57,600 nt of DNA from an uncultured Erysipelotrichaceae bacterium (GTDB lineage: Bacteria; Bacillota_I; Bacilli_A; RF39; UBA660). The stretch is from positions 342,477-400,076 of the forward strand of contig CADBGE010000001.1 of NCBI GenBank assembly GCA_902794075.1, in the 5' to 3' direction. A program made the translations under genes and the position numbers. Shown here one piece after another: positions 39,351 to 48,253 of this stretch; the stretch's first letter is position 1; every line of letters starts with the position of its first letter. The notes beneath the pieces were generated by a model. It had not been told where the DNA came from and made no database searches. It saw only the letters and a program-made list of their open reading frames with translations.

Positions 39351-39997
39351 TGTACTCCTTTTGGTTTAAATTTATCATCTATGTCGCACTCGTTAAACAT
39401 TCCATCAGTGTCAGATTTAACTACAATATTCCAATTAGATAAATCAGAATTATAATTCGTACAATGAGCAAACATTTCTACAAAATCTTTACATTTGCTA
39501 ACATTCCACTTACTTAAATTAGAATTAAAGTTTTCACATCCAAAAAACATATGGTTAAAATGTCTGCTCTTACTTACATTCCAATCATTTAGATCACAAT
39601 TAAATTTATTACAATTATAAAACATGTAACGAAAATCTACGCCTTTACTAACATCCCAATTACTTAAGTCACAATTGAATTTTTCGCATCCTCCAAACAT
39701 CCATGAAAAATCTTTACCATTACTTACGTTCCATTCACTAATATCAAAATTGTTTGGTGTATTTTCATTCATAAAAATAGAACTAAAGTTAGTTATTTCA
39801 GATACGTCTATGTCATTTAAGTCATATATGTCATTATCATAATGTTCTTGTATTGCAGCTTCTAATTCTTCTCTCGTTGTTGGATGATAATTATAACCGT
39901 CTTTATAATTCTTATTTATGATTAATTTTTCATTCAAATATTTATTCAAAGAATGAAGGTCTTTCATATATGAAATATATGTCGTTAGTCTTTTCAT
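39347..39997 (-). CDS. CTS-leader DUF285-type LRR protein
   Basis: MKRLTTYISYMKDLHSLNKYLNE-KLIINKNY; FNCDLSNWDVS repeats; ends KPKGVQ. Confidence 0.88.
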   Translation of the reverse strand: MKRLTTYISYMKDLHSLNKYLNEKLIINKNYKDGYNYHPTTREELEAAIQEHYDNDIYDLNDIDVSEITNFSSIFMNENTPNNFDISEWNVSNGKDFSWMFGGCEKFNCDLSNWDVSKGVDFRYMFYNCNKFNCDLNDWNVSKSRHFNHMFFGCENFNSNLSKWNVSKCKDFVEMFAHCTNYNSDLSNWNIVVKSDTDGMFNECDIDDKFKPKGVQ

Positions 39998-40056
39998 TGA
40001 ATAGTGTTGATTAATTTTTATATATTAATATATAAGATAACATTTATTTAATATAT

Positions 40057-40072
40057 ATAAAAATATTTTTAT
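40057..40072. promoter_or_regulatory. Palindrome ATAAAAATATTTTTAT between divergent genes
   Basis: Presents TATTTTTAT on both strands, towards 39997(-) and 40074(+). Confidence 0.35.
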
Positions 40073-40073
40073 T

Positions 40074-41195
40074 ATGATTAAAAAGGAAATAGGATATGCG
40101 TACAATGATTTGACAATTGTACCAAGTATCATTAGTAATGTAAAGTCAAGAAGCGAGACAAACTGCATGGATGCTAATGGAAGACTCCCCATATTTGTTG
40201 CCCCAATGTCTTCAGTAATCAATCATAAAAATTATGAAATCTTTGAAAAAAATAACTTATATACTGTTATTCCTCGTAGTGTCAATTATGAAGATAGAAT
40301 GAAATTATTTGGAAACAATGGAACATTATTTAATGACATTCATTATAGATTTATTGCATTGTCACTGAATGAATTTAAGGATTGTTTCTGTAGTGAGGAA
40401 AACGTAAAGAATAATGCAAATAAGCATTTCAATGTATGTGTAGACATTGCTAATGGTCATATGCAGTATTTATATGATTTATGCAAAAAGGCAAAAGAAT
40501 TGTCATTTAAATATAATTATAAACTTGTCATTATGACAGGCAATATCGCAAATCCTGAGACATATCGTGAGATATGTATGATGACAATAAATTATGAACC
40601 AATTATAGATTATATTAGAGTGGGAATTGGGGGAGGTTCAGGCTGCATAACCAGTAGTAACACAAGTATACATTATCCAATGGCAAGTCTTATTGATAGT
40701 TGCAATAATATTAGAAAAGAGCTCCAGCTTAAGAATTGTACTAAGATCATTGCTGACGGTGGTGTACGTAATTATTCTGATGTCATTAAAGCATTAGCAT
40801 TAGGAGCAGATTATGTAATGATTGGTGGAGTATTCGCAAAGTGTCTTGAGTCTTGTGGAGCAAAAATGTTCACAAACTATAAAGGAGAAAAGGAGATGTG
40901 CACTGCAGATGCTGCTTATGAGCTTTATGAAAAGGGGGCGCAGTTATACACAAGGTTCTACGGCATGGCAAGTGCAGAAGGACAGATCGCAATCAATCAC
41001 AAGAAGACAAAGACCGCAGAGGGAATTACTAAGATGCTACCCGTTGAATATAAGTTACATAAGTGGGTAGAGAATATGCAGGACTATCTAAGATCTGCAA
41101 TGAGCTATTGCGGAGCATTCAGGCTTGATGAGTTCATCGGTAAGCAGACATTGATTGTGAACAGTCCTGGAGAGATTGCTGCAGTTAATAAATAA
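40074..41195 (+). CDS. IMP dehydrogenase / GMP reductase family protein
   Basis: VDIANGH, TGNIA, RVGIGGGSGCITS, IIADGG, ALGADYVMIG, FYGMAS, TAEG, LRSAMSYCG; no CBS domains. Confidence 0.9.
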   Translation: MIKKEIGYAYNDLTIVPSIISNVKSRSETNCMDANGRLPIFVAPMSSVINHKNYEIFEKNNLYTVIPRSVNYEDRMKLFGNNGTLFNDIHYRFIALSLNEFKDCFCSEENVKNNANKHFNVCVDIANGHMQYLYDLCKKAKELSFKYNYKLVIMTGNIANPETYREICMMTINYEPIIDYIRVGIGGGSGCITSSNTSIHYPMASLIDSCNNIRKELQLKNCTKIIADGGVRNYSDVIKALALGADYVMIGGVFAKCLESCGAKMFTNYKGEKEMCTADAAYELYEKGAQLYTRFYGMASAEGQIAINHKKTKTAEGITKMLPVEYKLHKWVENMQDYLRSAMSYCGAFRLDEFIGKQTLIVNSPGEIAAVNK

Positions 41196-41210
41196 ACACA
41201 TAATAAGATT

Positions 41211-42074
41211 ATGCAAACATTAAAAGAATATATATTAAATAAAGGATTGCCACATGAATTTGATGAAGACTTAAATACATTTTGGAACATTAAAGATACT
41301 GATACATGGCTATTTGAGACTTATGATAAATCAATGAATATATCTGAAGATGATTTTTATAATAAAAAATATTCATCTAATTATATTGATTTACCAAAGT
41401 ATTGGTATTGGCAAAGAAAGTTATATGAAACACTTAGTCATTCATTAAAGACAGCGGACCCAATTTTATTAAGATTATTAAAAAAATTAAAAAATGTTAT
41501 ACGATATGACACAACAGGAGATTTAATAAACATACAAGTAAATGATAAATTTGATATAAAATCAAAAGAGTTTAAAACATTTTTAAATTTCATAAATTAT
41601 CATATAAGTAATAAATACATTGACAATAATATTATCACAATAGAACCAAGTATAACAGATGAGATTGATTATGATAATGAATACGCATATCATGTAACAT
41701 CAAAATGGAATTATGAAAAGATAAAGAAAAATGGATTAATACCAAAATCAAAATCATCGTTAGCAAATTATGATTTAAGAATATATTTATGGTTACCACA
41801 TAATGATAAGATTGATGATAATCTAAAATATTCAATCAAATCATATGGAAGAATGATGTTGAGATTATATAAAATGTATAATGTAAATGATAAGCATGAT
41901 TATTATGATAATATAGATATTAATGATGCAGTCATATTAAGAATTAATTTAAAAGAATTTGAAAAAGATCATAGAAAAAAAATGAAGCTATTTGGTGATC
42001 CACAAACATCAAATAATGCAGTATATACATTTGAGCCAATACCGACAAAGTACATAGAAAAAATTGAATTATAA
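41211..42074 (+). CDS. Putative ADP-ribosyltransferase/Tpt1-like protein with CTS-like N-terminus
   Basis: MQTLKEYI; AYHVTS...IKKNGLIP...RIYL...VILRINL...DP...VYTFEPIP; paralog of 672. Confidence 0.55.
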   Translation: MQTLKEYILNKGLPHEFDEDLNTFWNIKDTDTWLFETYDKSMNISEDDFYNKKYSSNYIDLPKYWYWQRKLYETLSHSLKTADPILLRLLKKLKNVIRYDTTGDLINIQVNDKFDIKSKEFKTFLNFINYHISNKYIDNNIITIEPSITDEIDYDNEYAYHVTSKWNYEKIKKNGLIPKSKSSLANYDLRIYLWLPHNDKIDDNLKYSIKSYGRMMLRLYKMYNVNDKHDYYDNIDINDAVILRINLKEFEKDHRKKMKLFGDPQTSNNAVYTFEPIPTKYIEKIEL

Positions 42075-42088
42075 ACATATATAAGATT

Positions 42089-42580
42089 ATGAATTACAAG
42101 AAAATAATAGAGTCAATTGGAAACAGTCTATCAAATCTTCATGAAAAGTCTGTAAACGAATACATTGATGCAATATGGGAAGATGAAAACTCATTTCCAA
42201 TAGAGTTCCAACGAATATGCGAGAGTGCTGCAGAAGTAGTAAAAGACGTTGAGTTTAAAGAAGGACATAATGTTCATCCTTTCCTTGAACTTAATGAAGA
42301 GCTTGCAAATAGCATAGGATTAGAAAAGATCACAATTGTTGCATATCCTGAATATGAGTTAAGCATCAAAGAATCAAACTTTATGTATGACAATGAAATG
42401 AATGAATTAATGATAGATGTGTATGATTGCGTTGACAAAGAACCGAAGACAATATATGAAGATGTTATGCAAGAACTATATAATTTCTTCAGAGATGCTT
42501 CATGGGTAATGGAAGGAGTTGATGTATATAATGATAAGATTAGGTCAATGAAAAATTTTATAGATTTATTTAGATTATGA
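42089..42580 (+). CDS. Acidic hypothetical protein
   Basis: 163 aa, ATGA-coupled to the methyltransferase. Confidence 0.7.
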   Translation: MNYKKIIESIGNSLSNLHEKSVNEYIDAIWEDENSFPIEFQRICESAAEVVKDVEFKEGHNVHPFLELNEELANSIGLEKITIVAYPEYELSIKESNFMYDNEMNELMIDVYDCVDKEPKTIYEDVMQELYNFFRDASWVMEGVDVYNDKIRSMKNFIDLFRL

Positions 42581-43176
42581 GTAAAGATTGGACAGGAAAT
42601 AGTGTATCACTATACAAGATTAACGGATGTAGTTCGCATAGTAAAGAAGAAAGAGCTGAGTATGACTTTTACGCAACGCATCCACGAGCAGTTGAGATGC
42701 TTCTTGAGCTTGAGCAATTCTCGGAGAATGTGTGGGAGCCATGCGCAGGAAATAATATGATAACCAACGTTCTTATAGAGCATGGTCATAATGTAAGAAA
42801 TTCGGATATAGTTGACAGAACTGGTGACATTGAGATCTTTGACTTTCTTCAAGAACCTCAAGATGATACTCAAGACTGCGATATCATTACTAATCCTCCA
42901 TACAAGTATGCAAAGGAATTTGTTGAGAACAGTATGCGATGGGTGAAGAACGGACATAAGGTTGCGATGTTACTTAAGCTGACATTCTTAGAGGGTAAGA
43001 AACGCAGGGAATTGTTTAAGAAGTATCCACCTAAATATATTTATGTCTCAACAAGTAGAATGAACTGTCTTAAGAACGGGAAAACGATGCCAATGGAAGG
43101 TGGTGCAGTTTGTTTTTGTTGGTTTGTATGGGAAAAGGGATTCGCGGGTGAACCAACTATCAGATGGTTTAACTAA
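42577..43176 (+). CDS. DNA amino-methyltransferase (m6A/m4C)
   Basis: DFYAT.P, WEPCAG (SAM-binding), IITNPPY (catalytic), WFVWEKG. Confidence 0.85.
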   Translation: MSKDWTGNSVSLYKINGCSSHSKEERAEYDFYATHPRAVEMLLELEQFSENVWEPCAGNNMITNVLIEHGHNVRNSDIVDRTGDIEIFDFLQEPQDDTQDCDIITNPPYKYAKEFVENSMRWVKNGHKVAMLLKLTFLEGKKRRELFKKYPPKYIYVSTSRMNCLKNGKTMPMEGGAVCFCWFVWEKGFAGEPTIRWFN

Positions 43177-43202
43177 TTAAAATGCATAATATGAATCATT
43201 TG

Positions 43203-43214
43203 TATTTTTAATTA
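43203..43214 (+). promoter_or_regulatory. Candidate late-promoter motif TATTTTTAATTA
   Basis: Exact 12-mer upstream of 43241. Confidence 0.45.
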
Positions 43215-43240
43215 AATTGTTCATGTGAAACATTTATAGA

Positions 43241-44116
43241 ATGAAATCATTAAAACATTACATAGAAGAAAAACTTATCATATTTCCATCACAAGTAGAT
43301 GAAAAACTTGTTATATTTCCATCACAAGTAGATGAAAAACTTGTCATATTTCCATCACAAGTAGATGAAAAGCTTGTAATAAATAAGAATTATAGTAGTG
43401 GACATTCATGTAAGCCAAAAACAATAGAAGAACTTCGGACTATTATTGGTCAACGTATAAAAGATCAAGGATATGGGACAGAACACGATCCAATTAGTTT
43501 TAATGATATTGATACAAGTGAAATAACTACGTTTGAATCACTATTTTGGAACTCTAAATATGATAATGACATAAGTAAATTAAAATATATAGATGTATCT
43601 GACTGGGATGTTTCAAATGTAAATAACTTTAGAAATACGTTTTATGATTGTGAGGAACTTGTAAGTGTTGGTGATTTATCAGATTGGGATATGACTAATG
43701 CTGAAAATATTAGCGGTATGTTTTATTTCTGTAAAAGTTTAACTAATATAGGTGATCTTTCTAATTGGAACATAACTAATAAGTTGACTAATACATCTAC
43801 AATGTTTTGTATGTGTAAATCAATAAAAGACATTGGAAATATTGGAAAATGGGATATGTCAAATGTTAAAAGTACGGTACAAATGTTCATGGCATGTTCT
43901 AATTTAAAAAATGTTGGTGATTTATCTAATTGGGATTTTACAAATGTTTTGGCAATGTCAAATATGTTTTGGAGTTGTTCATCGTTAAAATCTATTGGTA
44001 ATATATCTAAATGGAAAGAACCAAAGGCGTATAAAAGTGACACAACGTTATATTGGCATGAAATTTTTACCGGTTCTGCCATAGATGCTATTCCTGATTG
44101 GTATATGTTTAATTAA
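43241..44116 (+). CDS. CTS-leader BspA/DUF285-type LRR protein
   Basis: MKSLKHYIEE-(KL[I/V]IFPSQVDE)3-KLVINKNY; about six LRRs; ends IPDWYMFN. Confidence 0.88.
   Translation: MKSLKHYIEEKLIIFPSQVDEKLVIFPSQVDEKLVIFPSQVDEKLVINKNYSSGHSCKPKTIEELRTIIGQRIKDQGYGTEHDPISFNDIDTSEITTFESLFWNSKYDNDISKLKYIDVSDWDVSNVNNFRNTFYDCEELVSVGDLSDWDMTNAENISGMFYFCKSLTNIGDLSNWNITNKLTNTSTMFCMCKSIKDIGNIGKWDMSNVKSTVQMFMACSNLKNVGDLSNWDFTNVLAMSNMFWSCSSLKSIGNISKWKEPKAYKSDTTLYWHEIFTGSAIDAIPDWYMFN
43268..43366 (+). repeat. 3 x 33-bp tandem leader module A
   Basis: gaaaaactt[a/g]t[c/t]atatttccatcacaagtagat x3. Confidence 0.92.
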
Positions 44117-44320
44117 ATATTTTTAACACAAAGTTATATATTAATATATATATAACCATTTTTGTAAAAAGCGATCTTTGAAATAAATATAAGCAACTAG
44201 ATTTCCAAAAGTTGAATGAAATTTGTTCTGCACAGAAAATTGTGTTAAGCATTTTTATTCAGACGAAATTCACATTTTATGTGGACTAATCAAAAATAAT
44301 AAATGGAATAAACAATCGTT

Positions 44321-44968
44321 ATGAAAGAAAAGAAAGTAAAGAGATTTTTGGCAATCACAATGTTTGTGCTATTATCAATTATGTTTTATAGCGGAACATT
44401 TACAGCCAATTCCTCAGTGGCGACAGTACCGCTAGAAATAAATAGTACATTATTATCTAATAATATAGACACAAACAAGACCGAGTCATATGATTCAATA
44501 ATCACAATAATGAATAAAAAAGATTCATTGAGAAATAAATTAATTGATGATGTTAATAATCATATTCAAAAGAATTTTAAAATTTATGACATTAACATTC
44601 CAATGTATCTTGTTAATCATTCATTAAAATATAATATTGACATATGCTTTATGATGGCTCAAACAACAATTGAGACAGGGTTTGGAACTGCCGGTGCAGG
44701 TCGTCCCTCATCTCGTCATTCGTTGTTTGGTGTATGCAAACGGTACAGTAATTATAATAACGCAATAGAAGATTACTGTAAATTACTTAGAAGATCATAT
44801 CTTGGAAATACAAAAACAGAATATGATCTTATGAAAAACTACGTAACCTTGAGCGGTGCAAGATACGCAGGCAATAGAGGTTATGAAAGAGAACTGAAAG
44901 CAGAATATAAGCGTATTCGTAACAGAACTCAAATTTATGAACTCTGGACAGAATTAAAGAATTCATAA
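44321..44968 (+). CDS. Glucosaminidase (GH73-like) lysin with N-terminal signal/anchor
   Basis: MAQTTIETGFG, SLFGV, YA...Y motif; N-terminal hydrophobic helix. Confidence 0.7.
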   Translation: MKEKKVKRFLAITMFVLLSIMFYSGTFTANSSVATVPLEINSTLLSNNIDTNKTESYDSIITIMNKKDSLRNKLIDDVNNHIQKNFKIYDINIPMYLVNHSLKYNIDICFMMAQTTIETGFGTAGAGRPSSRHSLFGVCKRYSNYNNAIEDYCKLLRRSYLGNTKTEYDLMKNYVTLSGARYAGNRGYERELKAEYKRIRNRTQIYELWTELKNS

Positions 44969-45003
44969 ATGACAGCAAGCAAAAATATATCTTATCATCA
45001 AAG

Positions 45004-45711
45004 ATGAAAAAATGGTTCTTAAACTTATTAAGATCTCTGACAATTAGAGATCTAATTTATGCAGTCGTAATATTGTTGTTGGTTGGTGTATGCAGTACAG
45101 CAATCAATAAGTGCACTGACAATGATGCAGCGTATAGAAACAATATTGAGGCCTTGACTGATAGTATTCATTACTATAAGGCTAAGGACGGAAATTTAGT
45201 TGCTATTAAGACGGCATTCACTGCACAGGCCGAAGAGCTTAAACTTTTAAATAAAGATCTTTATGATAAGATAAAGTCACTTGATGTCAAACCAAAAACT
45301 ATTACAAACACGGTGTACCTGAAGGGAGAGACTGAATTTCTTCCTCAGGATACCGCGTATGTAATTAAACATGACACAATAACACGAGGTATCTACAAAG
45401 AATTCAACTTCAATAATGATTGGAGAGTACTTGAAGGAAATGTAAAGTATAAAAACGATACTATGGGGGTAAACATCACAAAGGATATCGTCAAGTTTGA
45501 TTATACTGTAGCAATGGATAAGAATAACAAGATCTATATAAAATCTTCCAATCCGTATGTAAAGTATGAGGAGATAAGTGGTTTTCAAGTACCAAAACCA
45601 CGAGCAAAGAGATGGGGAATTGGACCTCAGATTGGTGCAGGAGTAACAACTGACGGTAAGTTTAGACCATATATAGGAATAGGTATTCAATGGAGCCCAA
45701 TTCAGTTCTAA
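45004..45711 (+). CDS. Membrane-anchored lysis-associated (spanin-like) protein
   Basis: N-terminal TM, coiled coil, C-terminal amphipathic beta hairpin KRWGIGPQIGAG...PYIGIGIQW; directly after the lysin. Confidence 0.5.
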   Translation: MKKWFLNLLRSLTIRDLIYAVVILLLVGVCSTAINKCTDNDAAYRNNIEALTDSIHYYKAKDGNLVAIKTAFTAQAEELKLLNKDLYDKIKSLDVKPKTITNTVYLKGETEFLPQDTAYVIKHDTITRGIYKEFNFNNDWRVLEGNVKYKNDTMGVNITKDIVKFDYTVAMDKNNKIYIKSSNPYVKYEEISGFQVPKPRAKRWGIGPQIGAGVTTDGKFRPYIGIGIQWSPIQF

Positions 45712-45728
45712 AATTATAAAAACAGACT

Positions 45729-45947
45729 ATGAAAACATTGAAACAACACATAGAAGAAATAAACGAACGAATTGCTTCACCCATTCTTAATGATTCACAG
45801 TTGAATAGAGTGTGGAACAATATGACAAGCGAGATGGATACTGAAGAACTTCTTGATGCAATATATTCATGTATGGATTCATGAACAAAGAATGAGGTGT
45901 TTTGGAAAATAGACCAAAAATATCATATGCATGTATTTCCAAAATGA
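45729..45947 (+). pseudogene. CTS-leader gene interrupted by an in-frame TGA
   Basis: MKTLKQHIEE...CMDS*(45882-45884)TKNEVFWKIDQKYHMHVFPK*; the second stop forms an ATGA overlap with the next gene. Confidence 0.6.
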
Positions 45948-46438
45948 AACAGTTAACTGACTATATAGAGGAAAAACTATTAATCAACAAGAACTTCAAG
46001 GAGTTTGAACCTGATGAAAAAGAATATGATCCTGAAGAACTTACAACATATGTTCTGGAACACTTCGAAATATTGCCTGACAATCAAACAACAAAACTTT
46101 CACGAATGAATAAGATATCGTCTGATGACTATAATGATTTATATAAAAAGCTTCATAACTTGTTTGTTGATAAGTTTGACGTTGTGTGCTGTAGGAACAT
46201 AACATTTTTAGCAGAAGCAAGATGCATCAGTTGGCTTGATGATAATCTTCAGAATTCATATAAAGAATCATACATAGCCCAAAGAATATGGACAGATGAT
46301 AAAAAGTTGTTAAAGAGAATTTCGGATAAGTTTATCATATTTTATGTATATAATGAATCTGCTAAAATTTTAAAAGTAGTATATAGTAGAACATTAAATA
46401 ACATAACTTTAATCTGTAATATTAATTTTAACCCATGA
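45944..46438 (+). CDS. CTS-leader protein, cargo family Z
   Basis: Start reassigned to MKQLTDYIEE-KLLINKNF; Y..EELT.Y.L..F.I shared with 47771. Confidence 0.8.
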   Translation: MKQLTDYIEEKLLINKNFKEFEPDEKEYDPEELTTYVLEHFEILPDNQTTKLSRMNKISSDDYNDLYKKLHNLFVDKFDVVCCRNITFLAEARCISWLDDNLQNSYKESYIAQRIWTDDKKLLKRISDKFIIFYVYNESAKILKVVYSRTLNNITLICNINFNP

Positions 46439-47055
46439 GAACATTAGCACAACACATAGAAGAACGATTAATCATTAACAAGAACTATAATGACATTTAT
46501 AAGTATTGGCCAAAAGATAAACAAGACCTAGAAAGGATTATTATAGAAGAACATTATAATAAAGGTATATATGATTTAACTGATATAGATGTATCTAATA
46601 TAACTGACTTTAGTTATATTTTTTATGAGGATAAAAATACAGAAAACAAAGATTTTAATATTAGTAGTTGGGATGTAAGTAATGGGATAAACTTTACTTC
46701 AATGTTTTACGGTTGTATAAAATTTAATTGCAACTTGAGTAATTGGAATGTAAGTAATTGTAAAGTTTTTTCTTGGATGTTTGCATATTGTAGGAATTTT
46801 AATTTAAATTTAAGTAATTGGAAAGTAAATAATGGAAGATATTTTGACGCAATGTTTTATGGTTGTACGAAATTCAATTCAAATTTAAGTAATTGGAAAG
46901 TAAATAGTGGAAAAGATTTTTCAGGAATGTTTTATGAATGCATAAATTTCAATTCAGACTTAAGTCAATGGACTATTCAAAATACTGCCAATGTAAGTGA
47001 TATGTTTTATAAATGTAATATAGATGATAAAAATAAACCAAAAGGAGTACGATGA
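46435..47055 (+). CDS. CTS-leader DUF285-type LRR protein
   Basis: MRTLAQHIEE-RLIINKNY; FNxNLSNW repeats; ends KPKGVR; paralog of 38703. Confidence 0.88.
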   Translation: MRTLAQHIEERLIINKNYNDIYKYWPKDKQDLERIIIEEHYNKGIYDLTDIDVSNITDFSYIFYEDKNTENKDFNISSWDVSNGINFTSMFYGCIKFNCNLSNWNVSNCKVFSWMFAYCRNFNLNLSNWKVNNGRYFDAMFYGCTKFNSNLSNWKVNSGKDFSGMFYECINFNSDLSQWTIQNTANVSDMFYKCNIDDKNKPKGVR

Positions 47056-47774
47056 AGTCGTTAAATAATTACATAGCTGAGAAACTAATCATCAATCAGC
47101 GATTTGATGAGAAACTAATCATCAATCAACGATTTAATGAAAAACTAGTCATCAATAAAAATTACAACTCATATACTTGTGCTCCAACAACATTTAAAGA
47201 GTTAGTAAAGATCATAGAACAACGATATAAAGAACAAGGTCCTGGAACAGAGAAGAATCCTATTGACTTTAATGATGTAGATGTTAGCAATATTGATTCA
47301 TTTTATAATGCAAATACAAATGAAGGAATATTTGATGCAACAAAATTTGAATACATTGACATATCTGATTGGGATGTTTCAAATGTTAAGATTATGAATT
47401 ACATGTTTTATAATTGTGAAAAATTAAAATTTGTTGGTGACTTATCTAATTGGGATGTTTCAAATGTTGAAGATATGAATTATATGTTTTCCAATTGTGG
47501 AATAGAATCAGTTGGAAATTTATCTAAATGGGATGTTTCAGGTGTTAATCGTATGCACGGTATGTTTAAAGGGTGTTGTAACTTAAAATCAGTCGGTGAC
47601 TTATCAAATTGGAATATTTTAAAACTTAGAGATGTTGGCTGGATGTTTACATGGTGTTCTAATTTAACATCAGTGGGAGACTTATCAAAATGGAATATTT
47701 CAGGTCTTAGAGATGTAAGTTATATGTTTGAAGGCTCAGGAATAAAAAATACACCAAATTGGTATAAAAAATGA
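47052..47774 (+). CDS. CTS-leader BspA/DUF285-type LRR protein
   Basis: MKSLNNYIAE-(KLIINQRF[D/N]E)2-KLVINKNY; paralog of 37960. Confidence 0.88.
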   Translation: MKSLNNYIAEKLIINQRFDEKLIINQRFNEKLVINKNYNSYTCAPTTFKELVKIIEQRYKEQGPGTEKNPIDFNDVDVSNIDSFYNANTNEGIFDATKFEYIDISDWDVSNVKIMNYMFYNCEKLKFVGDLSNWDVSNVEDMNYMFSNCGIESVGNLSKWDVSGVNRMHGMFKGCCNLKSVGDLSNWNILKLRDVGWMFTWCSNLTSVGDLSKWNISGLRDVSYMFEGSGIKNTPNWYKK

Positions 47775-48253
47775 AGTCATTAAAAAACTACATAGATGAA
47801 AAACTTGTCATCAATAAAGATTTTAATAATGTAAAAGATACATACACTATTGATGAATTAACATATATTATATTAAGCAATTTCCAAATTAAAAGATCAG
47901 ATAAAGCAAGTCCATCTGTTAAACATAAATTAAATTCTTTTAAGTATTCATCTATATACAATTCATTGAAATATTTAATTAAGGATATTGCTGGTGACCA
48001 TGACATTGATACAAATGATGTTTCGTTTTATGTAAGTAAGAAACATGTTTCAGAAATTACTGATGATGAAATTGTAAAACAGTACAATATAGAAGATAAA
48101 AGCAATATATTCTTTGATGAGAACCTATTATGTTTTTCATATGATGATGACTGCAAATTTAGTTTATCATATTGGACAGATAAAAACACATTATACATTT
48201 TTTATTTTGGATATGAAAAATACATAATCTTAACATGTGAAATAAAATTATGA
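47771..48253 (+). CDS. CTS-leader protein, cargo family Z
   Basis: MKSLKNYIDE-KLVINKDF. Confidence 0.8.
   Translation: MKSLKNYIDEKLVINKDFNNVKDTYTIDELTYIILSNFQIKRSDKASPSVKHKLNSFKYSSIYNSLKYLIKDIAGDHDIDTNDVSFYVSKKHVSEITDDEIVKQYNIEDKSNIFFDENLLCFSYDDDCKFSLSYWTDKNTLYIFYFGYEKYIILTCEIKL

Noticed and set aside
31797-43366. 30-36-bp repeats as a CRISPR array
   Set aside because: The repeats are directly tandem with no unique spacers, lie in frame inside ORFs, and no cas genes are present.
28383-46438. ORF-track starts at 29480, 30773, 32003, 37975 and 45902
   Set aside because: These upstream extensions overlap neighbouring genes. The family leader and the stop/start junctions place the starts at 29426, 30746, 31991, 37963 and 45944.
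37960-47774. Diversity-generating retroelement acting on the LRR genes
   Set aside because: No reverse transcriptase in the window and no non-coding template repeat. Differences between near-identical patches are not adenine-specific and are mostly third-position.
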